Source: Candidatus Eiseniibacteriota bacterium (GTDB lineage Bacteria; Eisenbacteria; RBG-16-71-46). Taken from it: a stretch of 64,000 bases of DNA. Location: contig CAVZLN010000008.1 of NCBI GenBank assembly GCA_963776245.1, forward strand, positions 128,001 through 192,000, read 5' to 3'. The notes beneath the pieces are model-generated. The model searched no databases. It saw only the letters and a list, made by a program, of their open reading frames with translations, and had not been told where the DNA came from. Below, piece by piece: positions 51,053 to 62,633 of this stretch (position 1 is the first letter of the stretch; every line of letters begins with the position of its first letter). The position numbers and the translations under genes were made by a program.

Positions 51053-52756
51053 TCACGCCACCTCGTCCGCCGCGGGTGCGAGCGCGCCACGGATGCGCCG
51101 GGACTCCTCGCGGCGGCGCGCGAACAGCACGTTGCCGCCGGAATCCGCGAGGATGAGCGCCAGTCCCACGGCCGGCAGGCTGGCGGCGCCGGGGTGGATG
51201 AGATAGCGCGGCTCCCAGCGCGGGTGGAACTTGCTCTTGAACGCGTGGATGCCCTTGAAGCTGTAGAAGCGGTTCACGTGGCGATAGAGGAACGCCAGCG
51301 CGCGCTCGGCGGCGGGGTCGTCCCGGCGCTCGCCCACCCCCGCGAGCGCGCTGAGGCCGAGGTTGAATGTCCCGAACCCCTGTCCGCGCGACCACTCGAA
51401 GAGCTTCACCAGCAGGAAGTCCATGGTGCCGTTCTCCACCCCGGAGCGGAAGCGCATCAGATCGCACGTGCTCTCGAGGCGCTGGTACTCGGGCACCAGG
51501 TTCGCGAACGCGGTGATGCGCCCGCCGGAGCCCACCACCGCCATGACCGGACACTTCCGGATGTAGTCCTCGTCGAACGCGCCGAGCGAGAATCGCATCT
51601 CGGTGCCCTGGACCAGCGTGAGCCATTCGTCGCTCACCTCCCGCAGCTCGCCCATCAGCCCGTACGGGATGGGTGGGGTGAACATCTCGGCGGTGTAGCC
51701 CGCGCGCGTCAGGCGGTTGACCGCGCCGCGCAGAGCCTTGTTCTCACTGCCCTCGAGCGTGAAATCAGCGAGGTCGACCACCGCCTCGTGGCCAATGCAG
51801 GTGACGTCGAGCCCGGCGTCCCGGTACAGGCCGAGATGATCGGGCAGCGTCTGGTAGAAGGCCGGCCGCCAGTCGTTGCGCCCGCAGTACTCGATGAATC
51901 CCCGGATGGCGGCCGCGATGTCGCCGGGCGGACCGATGGGATCGCCGAGGGCGAGTGCCACGCGCCGCTTCACCACGAAGGCCACCATCGAGCCGCCCGT
52001 GTCGAACCAGTAGGACTTGTCCTCGCCCAGCGTGAAGAACGCCAGCGACGAGCGACCGTGCCCCTCCACGATCTCGCGTGCGCGCGCGCGCTCCTCGAGC
52101 GTGGCGACGCGCCGCAACAACACCGGGCGCGCCACCATGAGCAGCCCGTAACCGAGCGTGACCGCGCCCACGGTGTAGATGGAGTCGGCGAACCACGCTC
52201 CGAATCGCGTCACCGGGACCAGCCCGGGGTCCTGGAACTCGGCGAACATGAGCAGGGTCTGCCGGATCGCGGCCCACAGACCGAAGTCGACACTGAACTC
52301 GTGGTCGAGCAGCCAGAAGCCCATCACCCCGTACGCGAGCACGAAGACGAACGCCCCGAGGACGACCAGCAGCCCGCGCAGGACCGAGGGTCGGTCGGAG
52401 CGGGCGTGGAACTCCGGGCGCAGGAAGGCGAGGAACAGCGCCAGCGCCACCGAGACCGCCGCCTCCTCGTAGTCGAGGCCCTTGAGCACGTGGCTGAATG
52501 CCGACACCGTCAGCGCGATCTGGGTGAGCAGCCAGGCCGCCTGCTTGCGGCGCGCGAGCCCGATCGCCAGCAGCAGCAGGGCGAACCCGCTCAGCGCCGC
52601 GGCCAGGTGGAGTCCGTGCCGCACCTCGAGCGGCGACCAGTCCGCGATCTGCGCGACGCGCTCGGGGATGGAGGGCGTGACCGCCGAGCCCACATCGAGG
52701 AGACCCATCAGCGCGGTGAGCAGCGCCGCGACGCGCACCAGCCAGCGCCCGGTCAC
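51053..52756 (-). CDS. Aminoacyl-phosphatidylglycerol synthase catalytic subunit (MprF C-terminal, DUF2156)
   Basis: HVLKGLDYEEA, LGDPIG, GHEAVVDL, RFSLG, DLMR, LGLSAL, FKSKFHPRWEPRYL. Confidence 0.9.
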   Translation of the reverse strand: MTGRWLVRVAALLTALMGLLDVGSAVTPSIPERVAQIADWSPLEVRHGLHLAAALSGFALLLLAIGLARRKQAAWLLTQIALTVSAFSHVLKGLDYEEAAVSVALALFLAFLRPEFHARSDRPSVLRGLLVVLGAFVFVLAYGVMGFWLLDHEFSVDFGLWAAIRQTLLMFAEFQDPGLVPVTRFGAWFADSIYTVGAVTLGYGLLMVARPVLLRRVATLEERARAREIVEGHGRSSLAFFTLGEDKSYWFDTGGSMVAFVVKRRVALALGDPIGPPGDIAAAIRGFIEYCGRNDWRPAFYQTLPDHLGLYRDAGLDVTCIGHEAVVDLADFTLEGSENKALRGAVNRLTRAGYTAEMFTPPIPYGLMGELREVSDEWLTLVQGTEMRFSLGAFDEDYIRKCPVMAVVGSGGRITAFANLVPEYQRLESTCDLMRFRSGVENGTMDFLLVKLFEWSRGQGFGTFNLGLSALAGVGERRDDPAAERALAFLYRHVNRFYSFKGIHAFKSKFHPRWEPRYLIHPGAASLPAVGLALILADSGGNVLFARRREESRRIRGALAPAADEVA

Positions 52757-53766
52757 GACGCCCGCTCCACGGCCAGTGAGCGCGCCCGGCGCAGCAACAG
52801 GGCGCCGACGCCCAGCGGCAGCCAGAAGGTGAGTCCGCGGAACGCCAGCGTGATGGCGCCGGACGCCCCGGCCGGCATGCCGAGCGAGACGAACACCACG
52901 GCCATGACGCCCTCGACCACACCGATGCCCTGCGGGATCGGCGAGACGATCCACGCCATGATCCCGAACGCGTATCCCGTGACCACGAGCGCGGGCACCA
53001 CCGGCTGGCCGAACGCCACGAACAGCGCCGCGAGACTCGCCGCGTCGAGCACGTGCACGACCAGCGCCACCCCGCAGAGGCGGATCGCGCGACCCGGCGC
53101 CGCGCCGAGCGCGGTGGCGGCCTCGCGCAGCTCGACCGCGGTGTGCTCCGCCCACGCCGCGTCGAGCGGCGGCGGTCGCCGGAGCCAGCCGGCCACCGTG
53201 GCGACCGTCCGCCGCCACGATCCGAGGAGCGCCCGCAGCGCCCGCGGCGCGCTCCCCGCGGCGATCAGCGCCGCGAGCATGACGCCGACGAAGACCACCA
53301 GCACCGCCGTCCCGGCGACGTGCCAGGGAGCCAGCCGATGGTCGCGCGCGAGCCACACCAGGCAGGCGCCGAGGACCATCGCGAGCGTGCCGAAATCGGC
53401 GAGCCAGGTGACGAGCACCCCGGTGGCCGCGCGCGCCGGCGATTGCCCGCGCCGCGCGGCGTCGTCCACGAACAGGGCCACGCCCGCGCCGCCACCGCTC
53501 GGCACCACCACATTGACCACGAACGACGCGAGCAGCGTGACGAACATCCCGCCGAGCCGGCACCCGACACCCACGGCGCGCATCGCCTCGCGATAGAGCC
53601 CGGCGTACGCGAGGTAGTACAGGAGCTGGAGCGCGGCCGCGAGCGCCACCCACGGCCAGCGCCCGGTCCCCAGCGTGCGGACCAGGTCCTCGAGCTCGCG
53701 CCGGTGCGTCGCGACGACGAGCCCGAATCCGGCCAGCAACAGCAGATAGGACCAGCGACGGAGCAT
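52753..53766 (-). CDS. Lysylphosphatidylglycerol synthase TM (flippase-like) domain protein
   Basis: VNVVVPSGG, SPIPQGIGVVE, FRGLTFWLP. GTGA overlap with the downstream gene. Confidence 0.85.
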   Translation of the reverse strand: MLRRWSYLLLLAGFGLVVATHRRELEDLVRTLGTGRWPWVALAAALQLLYYLAYAGLYREAMRAVGVGCRLGGMFVTLLASFVVNVVVPSGGGAGVALFVDDAARRGQSPARAATGVLVTWLADFGTLAMVLGACLVWLARDHRLAPWHVAGTAVLVVFVGVMLAALIAAGSAPRALRALLGSWRRTVATVAGWLRRPPPLDAAWAEHTAVELREAATALGAAPGRAIRLCGVALVVHVLDAASLAALFVAFGQPVVPALVVTGYAFGIMAWIVSPIPQGIGVVEGVMAVVFVSLGMPAGASGAITLAFRGLTFWLPLGVGALLLRRARSLAVERAS

Positions 53767-53934
53767 CCCACCTCCGCAGCCGACTCTAGGACTTCGGACC
53801 CCGGCCGGCCAGTCGACGCGCCCGACCGCGCACGGCCACGGGTCGAGGTGACGTCCCCCGGCGACCTGAGCTGCGACGCGGAACCCGCGCCCGCGGTGCC
53901 ACGGACATCCCCGGGATCCGTGCCGCCCCGGGCC

Positions 53935-55227
53935 CTACACCCCCGGCATCGCGCGCTTCAGCGGCCGGAGCAGCGCGAACAACACGATCGACATGGTGAG
54001 CGCGCACCCTCCGAGCAGCGCGAAGAAGGTCGAGTGGGGCCACTTGTCCCACAGCACGCCGATCATCGTGAGCTTGTTCCCGATCGCGGTGGCCACGAAC
54101 CAGCCGCCCATCATGATGCCCCGGAAGCGCGTGGGCGCCACCTTCGAGACCAGCGACAGCCCCATCGGCGAGAGCATGAGTTCGCCCAGCGAGATCACGG
54201 CGTACGCGCCGATCAGCCACAGCGGCGACACCTTGCCGGTGTCCCCGCCCGACTTCGCGGCCGCGTACATGATGAAGAAGCACATCGCCGAGAGGAACAT
54301 CCCGATCGCCATCTTGGTGGGCGTCGAGGGCTCCAGCCCCTTCCGGTCGAGCCACCGCCAGAAGAAGATCAGCGGGAAGGTGAGCGAGACGATCCAGAAC
54401 GGGTTGATGGCGTTCGAGATCACCCCCGAGACGTTCCAGTCGGTGTTCTCGTTGGCCCAGTAGGTGAGCGTCGAGCCATTCTGGTGGAACACCATCCAGA
54501 ACACGATGACGATCGCGTAGATGACGATGAGCGCGCCGATGCGGCGCGCGTCCGACACCTCGTCGATGGCGCGCCGCGGCACCGCCGCGCCGCCCGCCGC
54601 GGCCGCGGCGTGCTGGGCCGCCGCGCGATCCACGACGTGGCGCTGGAAGGACCACAGGATCGCCACCGAGATCACCATGCCCGCGGCCGCGAACGCGAAC
54701 GCGTGGCGGAAGCCCCACTGGCGGCTCGCCCACTCCGCCACCAGCGGCGCGAGGAAGGCGCCGATGTTGATGCCCATGTAGAAGACGTTGTAGGCGCGGT
54801 CCTTCAGGTGGCTGCCCTCGTGATAGAGGTTCCCGACCATCGCCGAGACATTGGGCTTGAAGAACCCGTTGCCGACCACCAGGCAGGCCAGCGCCCCGTA
54901 GACCGCGGGGAGCGAGTGCACGGTGAGCAGCAGGTAGCCGACCATGAAGATCACGCCGCCGATCAGCACCGAGCGCTTGTACCCCAGCCCGCGGTCGGCG
55001 ATGAACCCGCCGATGAGCGGGCTGGCGTACACGAACATCAGGTAGTTCGCGTAGAGCCCGGTGGCCTGCGCCGCGGTCCACGAGAAGCCCTCGGGGCTGC
55101 GCAGGTAGAGCGTGAACATCGCCAGCATCGAGTAGAAGCCGAAACGCTCCCACATCTCGGTGGCGAACAGGACGTAGAGGCCTTTCGGATGCTTCTCGGC
55201 CGGGACTGCGGCGGCTGGCGCGCTCAT
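53935..55227 (-). CDS. POT-family di/tripeptide:H+ symporter
   Basis: HPKGL..LFATEMWERFGFY, GNGFFKPN, FYMGINIG, GELMLSPMGLS. Confidence 0.93.
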   Translation of the reverse strand: MSAPAAAVPAEKHPKGLYVLFATEMWERFGFYSMLAMFTLYLRSPEGFSWTAAQATGLYANYLMFVYASPLIGGFIADRGLGYKRSVLIGGVIFMVGYLLLTVHSLPAVYGALACLVVGNGFFKPNVSAMVGNLYHEGSHLKDRAYNVFYMGINIGAFLAPLVAEWASRQWGFRHAFAFAAAGMVISVAILWSFQRHVVDRAAAQHAAAAAGGAAVPRRAIDEVSDARRIGALIVIYAIVIVFWMVFHQNGSTLTYWANENTDWNVSGVISNAINPFWIVSLTFPLIFFWRWLDRKGLEPSTPTKMAIGMFLSAMCFFIMYAAAKSGGDTGKVSPLWLIGAYAVISLGELMLSPMGLSLVSKVAPTRFRGIMMGGWFVATAIGNKLTMIGVLWDKWPHSTFFALLGGCALTMSIVLFALLRPLKRAMPGV

Positions 55228-55289
55228 CGGCTCGTCCTCGGTGGTGGGTGACGGGGGCGCGTGCACTTTACACCACCGTGCCGCACGAA

Positions 55290-56684
55290 TCAGCCCCCGC
55301 GGGCCTCGTCGATGACCACGCGCGCCAGGGTGCGCGAGAGGCGCTGGGCGACGCGGAACACCAGGAACGACGCGACCACGATCAGCCCCGCCACCAGCCC
55401 CCACCACAGCCCGGCCGGGCCGAGGCCGGCCCGGAACGCGAGGGCGAGGCTCACCGGCAACCCGAGCAGCCAGAAGCCGAGCACGTTCACGATCATCGGC
55501 GCGCGCGTGTCCCCGACCCCGCGCAGCACGCCGATCGAGACCACCTGCAGGCCGTCGAACACCTGGAACACGCCGGCGATCGGGATCAGCACCACCGCCA
55601 CGCGCAGCACCGCGGCCTCGCGCGAGTACACGCCCGCGAGCGCGCCGGGCACCAGCAGCAGCACGAGCGCCGAACCGAGCATGAACGCGGCGCCGGTGGC
55701 GAGCGCCGCCACCGCGCCGCGCCGCGCCCCGCCGGGGTCGCCCGCCCCCACCGCCTGACCCACCAGCACCGCCGCCGCGCCCGAGATCCCGAGCGGCACC
55801 ATGAACGTGAGCGAGGCGATGTTGATGGCGATCTGGTGCGCGGCCATCGCCTCGGTCCCGATGCGCCCCATGAGCAGCGCCACCACCGAGAACACGCCCA
55901 TCTCGAGCTGGAACTGCACCCCGATCGGCACGCCCAGCCGCAGCATGCGCGCCAGCGGCCCGGCCTCGAGCGCCGCGCGGCGGAAGCGCCCTAGGTGCGG
56001 CACCAGGTCGCGCCACCCCAGCGCCAGCAGCGTGACCACCATGCTCCAGCGTGCCGCCGAGGTCGCCCAGGCCGCACCGGCCGCGCCCAGCCCCGGCGCC
56101 CCGAGGTGGCCGAAGATGAGCGCCCAGGCGAGCACCAGGTTGAACAGGTTGGCGACCACGATGGTCCACACGATGGGCGCCATGCGGCCCATCGCCTGGA
56201 GGCTCTGGCGCAGCACGATGAAGCCGTAGAACGGCAGCACGCCCGGGATGCACCCGAGCGCGTAGCCGGCCGCGCGCGGCACCACGTCGGCGGGCTGGCC
56301 GAGCCAGACGAACGCCTGCCGCGCCGGCAGGAACCCGAGCGAGGTCACGCCCGCGATCGCGAGCGCCAGCACCAGCCCGCGCTGCATGCCGCGCGCCACG
56401 CCCTCCGGATCGCCGGCGCCGACCGCCTGGGCCACGATCGGGTCGAGCGCGAACAGCGTGCCCATGCCCAGCCCGCAGACGCCGAAGAAGTAGAGATTCC
56501 CGAGCGCGCCCGCCGCCAGGTCCGCGGCCGAGAGATGGCCGAGCAGGATGGAGTCCACCACGCCCATCGCCATCATCCCGACCTGCACCACCACGATCGG
56601 CAGCGCGAGCGCCAGCAGGCGCCGCAGGTCCGCGGCACGCGGGCGGAACGAGGTCGCGGTGGTTCGGGTCTCGGTGGGCGTCAT
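55290..56684 (-). CDS. MATE-family efflux transporter (NorM-like)
   Basis: LALPI..Q, VDS..LGHL, FMVPLG, FQVFDGLQ, GVLRGVGDT. Confidence 0.92.
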   Translation of the reverse strand: MTPTETRTTATSFRPRAADLRRLLALALPIVVVQVGMMAMGVVDSILLGHLSAADLAAGALGNLYFFGVCGLGMGTLFALDPIVAQAVGAGDPEGVARGMQRGLVLALAIAGVTSLGFLPARQAFVWLGQPADVVPRAAGYALGCIPGVLPFYGFIVLRQSLQAMGRMAPIVWTIVVANLFNLVLAWALIFGHLGAPGLGAAGAAWATSAARWSMVVTLLALGWRDLVPHLGRFRRAALEAGPLARMLRLGVPIGVQFQLEMGVFSVVALLMGRIGTEAMAAHQIAINIASLTFMVPLGISGAAAVLVGQAVGAGDPGGARRGAVAALATGAAFMLGSALVLLLVPGALAGVYSREAAVLRVAVVLIPIAGVFQVFDGLQVVSIGVLRGVGDTRAPMIVNVLGFWLLGLPVSLALAFRAGLGPAGLWWGLVAGLIVVASFLVFRVAQRLSRTLARVVIDEARGG

Positions 56685-56775
56685 CGGGTCCTCGCACCGC
56701 GCCCGCGCCGGAGACGCCGACGCGCGCGACTCGTGCGAGCCGCGCGCGCGTGCGTCGCGCCGGAGCGCGCGGGGG

Positions 56776-57465
56776 CTACTCGGGCTTCATCGAGCCGACC
56801 AGCGCGTCGAAGTCGCCGCGGGCAGCGTCGATCGTCTTCTTGGGACCGGTGAGCTTGAAGAACACCGAGCCCTGCGGCCCGGTGACGATGGCGCCGTGCA
56901 GCGCGTAGCCGGGGCGCGAGCCGGTGGACTGCATCATCGGGCCGCCGGGGGAGAGATAGGTGCCCGCCACCTTCACCAGCGCCACCTTCAGGCCTCTCAC
57001 CTCGCGCGTCGTGCGCTCGGGCGTGGAAGCGCCCTCGAACTGGCCGACCCAGCGCGCGATGTTGGCTTCCACGTCGCCGCCCTGCGAAGCGCCGAAGTAG
57101 AACACCCCGCACTCCCCGCCCTCGGCATCCCCGGGCGCCGCGGGCACCACGTAGGTCGCCACCCGCATCGGCCGGTCGTCCGCGAGCGTCCAGCGCTTCG
57201 GCATCGTCCACTTCACGCCGGCCGCCGCGTCGGGCGCGGTGCTCGGCGGCGCGTCGACGATGGTGCCCGCCATCGGCTCATGACCGGGAGGCATCTGGCC
57301 CGGAGCCATCTGACCGCCCGCCCCGCCGGGGGCGATCATGCCGCGCGTCTCCCCGCCCTGGCCTTCCGGGGCAGCGGCGGCGGGTGCCTGCTTCTTCTGG
57401 CAGCCCGCCAGTGCGAGGGCCGCACACAGGAGGGTCGTGATGGGAACCAGGACGATGCGCTTCAT
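56776..57465 (-). CDS. Hypothetical lipoprotein
   Basis: AAGGAG RBS, LAGC lipobox, MRVATY, GGDVEANIARWVGQF, FFKLTGP. Confidence 0.8.
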   Translation of the reverse strand: MKRIVLVPITTLLCAALALAGCQKKQAPAAAAPEGQGGETRGMIAPGGAGGQMAPGQMPPGHEPMAGTIVDAPPSTAPDAAAGVKWTMPKRWTLADDRPMRVATYVVPAAPGDAEGGECGVFYFGASQGGDVEANIARWVGQFEGASTPERTTREVRGLKVALVKVAGTYLSPGGPMMQSTGSRPGYALHGAIVTGPQGSVFFKLTGPKKTIDAARGDFDALVGSMKPE

Positions 57466-57644
57466 GCGAAGGGCTCCTTACGCGGTGACGCGGGGCACGG
57501 CCGCCCCGGCAGGACGTGGACACGAGCGCGGCATCCTAGCATCCCCTGCCCCGGCTCGCACAGTCGGGGACGTCCGGGTCGCGCACCCGAGCCGGCCGCG
57601 CCGGTGGCACGGGCGCCGCGACCGCACGGCCCGGTCGCCGGCCG

Positions 57645-59822
57645 TCACCCCGGAGGGAGCGAGCGCTCGAGCTCTTCGAGGACCGCCTGGAAACGCGCGT
57701 CGCCGCGGATCGAGTCGAGGTTGCTGTCGTTCCGCAGCCATCCGAGCCGGTTCATCCCCGCCCGCACCGAGCGCTCGACGAAGTCCAGCGCCGACTCGGG
57801 CTGGCCCGCGATGGCGTGGATGCACGCCATGTTGTAGAGCAGCATGGCGTCCTCGGGATCCAGCGCCAGCGCGCGCTGGGCCCACTCCATCCCGCGCTCG
57901 CGCTCGCCCAGCGCCACCAGCGCGTTGGCTCCCATGTAGAGCGCGCGGACATCGTCGGGATGGAACGCCAGCCGCTTCTCGGCCACCGCGAGCCCGCTGC
58001 GGCGGGCGGCCTCGGCGCGCTGCGGCTGTCGGAGGTCCTCGTAGATCTGGCCCGCCAGCAGCGGCGACTGGTAGTCCTCGGGGCGCAGCTCGAAGGCCTT
58101 CTCGTAGAGCCGCAGGGCCTTCTCGAGATCGTCCTGCATGAACGCGTCGCGCGCGTAGAAGTAACACGCCTCGAACAGCCGCGGATCGAGTCGCAGCGCG
58201 GCCTCGAACTCGCGCTCGGCGGCCGCGTGGTCACGCGTGAGCGAGAGCGCGAGCCCGAGCGAGACGTGCGCCTGGGCCAGTCCGGGATCGAGCTCGACCG
58301 CCCGGCGTCCGGCCTCGATGGCGGCGGAGCGCATCGCCTCCTGCCCCATCACGTGCATGAAGAGATAGGTGCAGCAGTCGGCCAGCCCGGCATGGGCGAG
58401 GGCGTACCCGGGATCGATCTCGATGGCGTGGGTGAACATCTGGCGCGCGAAGCCCACCCCGCGGCGGCTGTACTGGTAGAAGAACATCCGGCCCCGGAGG
58501 TAGTACTCGTAGGCTTGGACGTCGACGGTGGACACCTTCCCGAGCGCCGCCCGCTGGCTCGGGCTCAGGGTGATCCGCAGCGCCTCCACGATATGGCGCG
58601 CGATTTCCTCCTGGATCGCGAAGATGTCCTTCATCTCGCGGTCGTAGCGCTCCGACCAGAGGCAGTAGCCGGCTTCCACGTCGGTCAGTTCGGCCGCGAT
58701 CCGCAGCTGGCTCCCGACCTTGCGCACGCTGCCCTCGAGCAGGTGCCGCACCCCGAGGCGGCGGCCGATCTCGCGGCTGCCGAGCGGCGCCCCCTTGAAC
58801 TGGAACGAGGAGGTGCGCGAGGCCACGCGCAAGTGCTCCACGCGGGCCAGCGCCGTGATGATCTCCTCGGCGACCCCCTCACAGAAGTAGTCCTGGTCCC
58901 GCGCCTGGCTCATGTCGGTGAACGCGAGCACCGCGATCGAGACGGTCGCCGCGCTCCCGGCGGCGTCGGTCTCGGCGCGGATCCCGGAGAGCATGACGCG
59001 GAGATCCTCGGCCGACTGCAGGCGCAGCGCACGGTCCTTCTCGAGGCAGCGCGCCACCACCTCGTCGAGGCGTCGCGGCAGCTCGGGACGGAGGCGCGAG
59101 GGGGGGACCGGCACGTCGGTCACGATCGCCGCGGCGAGGGCGGCGATGGTCTCGCCCTCGAACGGACGGCGCCCGGTCGCCATCTGGTAGAGCATCACGC
59201 CGAAGGCGAAGATGTCGGAGCGATGGTCCACGCGCTCGGCCCGGATCTGCTCGGGCGACATGTAGTGGAGCGTCCCGGCCAGTTGGTCCTCGCGGTTCCA
59301 GGCCTGGGTGCTCCATGCCGAGCCGGGGCCGACCGGCTCGGGGCGGCGCACCTGGGCGAGGCCGAAATCGAGGATCTTGACCCGCCCGCCGGCGGTGACC
59401 ATCACGTTCGCCGGCTTGAGGTCGCGGTGGACGATGCCCGCCTGGTGCGCGGCCCCCAGCGCGTCGGCCACCGCGATGGCGATCTCGAGGAGCCGGTCGA
59501 TCGCCATGCCCGAGGAGGGGATCAGCTCGCGCAGCGTGCGACCGGCCAGCAGTTCCATGGTGAAGAAGCGGACGTCATCGACCTCCTCGACGGAGTGAAG
59601 GGTCACGATGTTGGGGTGGTTGAGCGCCGCGACCGCCTGCGCTTCGCGCTTGAACATCGCGTGCGTGCCCGGGTCCGGGGCCAGCTCGTCGGAGAGGATC
59701 TTGATGGCGACCTCGCGCCCGAGCCGGGTGTCGAGCGCCTTCCAGACCGTCCCCATCCCGCCGCGGCCGATCATCTCGATCAGCCGGTAGTGCGCGAGTG
59801 ACGCGCCGGGCTCGAGTGACAT
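57645..59822 (-). CDS. Ser/Thr protein kinase with TolB-like and TPR domains
   Basis: [47 protein letters not shown] repeats. Confidence 0.92.
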   Translation of the reverse strand: MSLEPGASLAHYRLIEMIGRGGMGTVWKALDTRLGREVAIKILSDELAPDPGTHAMFKREAQAVAALNHPNIVTLHSVEEVDDVRFFTMELLAGRTLRELIPSSGMAIDRLLEIAIAVADALGAAHQAGIVHRDLKPANVMVTAGGRVKILDFGLAQVRRPEPVGPGSAWSTQAWNREDQLAGTLHYMSPEQIRAERVDHRSDIFAFGVMLYQMATGRRPFEGETIAALAAAIVTDVPVPPSRLRPELPRRLDEVVARCLEKDRALRLQSAEDLRVMLSGIRAETDAAGSAATVSIAVLAFTDMSQARDQDYFCEGVAEEIITALARVEHLRVASRTSSFQFKGAPLGSREIGRRLGVRHLLEGSVRKVGSQLRIAAELTDVEAGYCLWSERYDREMKDIFAIQEEIARHIVEALRITLSPSQRAALGKVSTVDVQAYEYYLRGRMFFYQYSRRGVGFARQMFTHAIEIDPGYALAHAGLADCCTYLFMHVMGQEAMRSAAIEAGRRAVELDPGLAQAHVSLGLALSLTRDHAAAEREFEAALRLDPRLFEACYFYARDAFMQDDLEKALRLYEKAFELRPEDYQSPLLAGQIYEDLRQPQRAEAARRSGLAVAEKRLAFHPDDVRALYMGANALVALGERERGMEWAQRALALDPEDAMLLYNMACIHAIAGQPESALDFVERSVRAGMNRLGWLRNDSNLDSIRGDARFQAVLEELERSLPPG

Positions 59823-59973
59823 CCGGGCAGCCTCCGAAGTCCGAGCCGGGGTGGCCCGGAGTGCTGGCGGCAGTCTACACGAACCCGCGGGGCCCGCGCC
59901 CTGACACCCCGGCGCCCTTCCGCTAGACTCCCGGCAACGCGGTCGGTCGCCGCACCTTCCGGCGGAGGTCCTG

Positions 59974-61594
59974 GTGCCCACTCCCAATGATGTCCTCGTC
60001 ACCCGGCTGGTCGGCACGCTGTGGGGCGTGCTCGCGCGCCACGCCGAGCCCGAGGCCGTGCTGGCGACCATCCTCCAGCACGCGGTGGCGGTCACCGGCG
60101 CGACGCGCGGGGTGTTCGTCGAGGTGAGTCCGAAGGGGGAGCTGGCGTTCAACGTGCTCCACAGCTACCGGGCGGACGCCCTGCGGGACGCCGGACACTA
60201 CAGCCGCGCGGTGTTCGCGACCTGCCTGCGCACCGGCGAGGACCTGGTGCTGCGCGACGCCGTGGCCGACATGCCGGCCGACGAGACCCAGACCATCCGC
60301 ATGTACCGGATGGCCGCGGTGCTGTGCATGCCCATCCGGGTCGGCGACCGCATCGCCGCGCTGCTCCATCTCGAGAGCGGACAGGTCGGCTATTTCGACG
60401 ACTCCCACCGGCAGCGGCTGCGCCCGCTCCTCGACCTGGTCACCCCCGTGCTCGAGGCGCTGGCGGCCGGCCGCGCGGTGCTCCAGGAGCGCGACCACCT
60501 CGCCGAGTCGGAGCGGCGTCTACTCGAGGAGGCGGAGGAGAACCGCCGGTTGCTGGCTCGCGACTGGTCCTTCGGTCGCTTCGTCGGACGCAGTCCGGCG
60601 GTGCGCGAGCTCGAGACGCAGGTGCACCAGGCGGCGGCCGCGCCCTACCCGGTCCTGCTGATCGGCGAGACCGGCACCGGCAAGAGCATCCTCGCGCGCA
60701 TCCTCCACGGGGCGAGCCCGCGCGCGAAGCAGCCGTTCGTCACGGTGTTCTGCCCCTCGCTCGAGAAGTCCATGGTCGAGGCCGAGCTGTTCGGCCACCG
60801 CCGCGGCGCGTTCACCGGCGCCGAGGCCGACCGGCCCGGCAAGGTGCAGGCCGCGGAGCGCGGCACGCTCTTCCTCGACGAGATCGGGGACCTGCCGCTG
60901 GAGCTGCAGCCGAAGCTGCTGCGCCTGCTCCAGGAGAAGACCTACGAGCGCCTCGGCGACGCGGAGGAACGGCGCGCCGACGTGCGGGTGATCGCGGCCA
61001 CCAACCACGATCTCGAGCAGGAGGTGCGCGAGGGGCGGTTCCGCCGCGACCTGTTCGAGCGCCTGGACTACGTGCCCGGTGCGCGTGCCTCCTCTGCGCG
61101 AGCGGCTCGAGGACATCCCGGTCATCCTTCGTCACTGCCTCGACCAGACCGAGACCGGGCGCTGGGTCGAGATCGGCGCCGATGCCGCGCGCTACCTCCA
61201 GGCGCTGGACTTCAGCTGGCCCGGGAATGTGCGACACCTCGAACAACTGGCCGCGCGCCTCTCGATCGAGGGTCAGCGCCGCCCCATCGCCGTCGCGGAC
61301 CTCGAGCGCCTCCTGGGCGCGGGAGTGGCGCGGGCCGCGGCGGAGGCGGCGGGCCCGGTGCCGGGCGGCGTGCCCGTCGGCGAGCGAGCGCCCGCGGGCA
61401 AGGGAGCCCGGCCGGATGCCACCCTCGGACTGGAGGCCGGACTGCCCCTGCTGCTCGCGGAGGCCGAGCGATCGTGGCTCGAGGCCGCGTTGCGCCGGCA
61501 CCCCGGCGTGACCCGCGCCGAGCTGGCCGCGAAGCTCAAGATCAGCGAGTCGGCCCTCTACAAGAAGCTCCGCCTCTACGGGCTCGGAGGCTGA
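59974..61594 (+). CDS. Sigma-54-dependent activator (GAF-AAA+-HTH); frameshift near 61077
   Basis: [57 protein letters not shown]. Confidence 0.92.
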
Positions 61595-61638
61595 GGGGCG
61601 AGCGTTCCCGTGGCGCTATCCCTCCCCCGGAGGGCCAA

Positions 61639-61757
61639 GCTGTGTCTGGGAAGCCCGAGTGCAAGGCGGCGAGGAGCGACGAGCGAGGCGTATCGTCAGA
61701 TACTCCGCAGCGAGGAGCGACGAAGCCAACGCCGCAATCGGGCTTCCCAGACACAGC
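61639..61757. mobile_element. 119-bp MITE/REP-like element with perfect 20-bp terminal inverted repeats
   Basis: GCTGTGTCTGGGAAGCCCGA (61639-61658) / TCGGGCTTCCCAGACACAGC (61738-61757); internal direct repeat GCGAGGAGCGACGA x2. Confidence 0.7.
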
Positions 61758-61815
61758 GTGCGGCCACTCCTTTGCCGGGAGTGGCCGCGCCCTGGGAGTG
61801 GCCGCGCTCCACCGG

Positions 61816-62583
61816 TCACTGCAACGAGCCGCCAGCGGCGGCCCCATTCCGGGCTGCCGGGTCCCCTCCCGCGAGCATCGGGGTCGCGGGCTCCTCGTCC
61901 CCGTACAGGGGCGCCGGGAGCGACCAGGCCCACCGCGCGAGCAGGGTGCGGAGCGCTCGCTCGAGATTGTGATCGTTCTCGCGCCATTCGAGGGCGGCGT
62001 TCCAGAACGCGCTCCCGTCGGCCTCGAAGTTCTGCTCGGCGCTGGCGGGCGGCAGTCCATGCCCGGCGGCCCCCGAGATCCACCACAACCGCGTGCCGTC
62101 CGCGTCCGTGAGCGAGGCGGTCATGCCGACCACTCCGCGCCCGCCGTCGGCGATCTCCCACCGATCGATCCGAACGCTCAGCACCGCGTGCACCCCGAGC
62201 AGCCCGGCCAGCCGACCCGCCATCCACGGCTCCACCTCGCCGCACCGCCAGATCTGCTCGTCCACCTCGCTCGCGAGGTTGCCCGGTTCGACGGTGGCCT
62301 CGGAGAGACGCGCCCGCACCTCGTCCGCGGGCATCCACCGGGTCGTGGATGGCTGGTAGAGCCCGACCCATGCCGCCTCGACCTGGCGTTCCGCGCGCGG
62401 ATCGCGGGCCACGCCCACGACGGGCAGCACCGCGATGGTGATCGTCCGATGGCTGTCGAGCTGGGCGCCGCGGTAGAGCTCGTCGCGCACCGGAGGGCGG
62501 GTCGCCGCGGCGCTCATACCGGTGACCAGTACGACGATCGCTGCGGCCGTGAGGGTTCCGATCCTGCGGTTCATCGCGTGCAT
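61816..62583 (-). CDS. Hypothetical exported protein
   Basis: AAGGAGG RBS, signal peptide, TIAVLP...LGVHAVL (CsgG/TolB-N-like pattern, weak). Confidence 0.65.
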   Translation of the reverse strand: MHAMNRRIGTLTAAAIVVLVTGMSAAATRPPVRDELYRGAQLDSHRTITIAVLPVVGVARDPRAERQVEAAWVGLYQPSTTRWMPADEVRARLSEATVEPGNLASEVDEQIWRCGEVEPWMAGRLAGLLGVHAVLSVRIDRWEIADGGRGVVGMTASLTDADGTRLWWISGAAGHGLPPASAEQNFEADGSAFWNAALEWRENDHNLERALRTLLARWAWSLPAPLYGDEEPATPMLAGGDPAARNGAAAGGSLQ

Positions 62584-62633
62584 GGCTTCCTCCTTCGCTC
62601 TCGCGGCTCTTACGCTTTCCGCGCATGTCCGGT

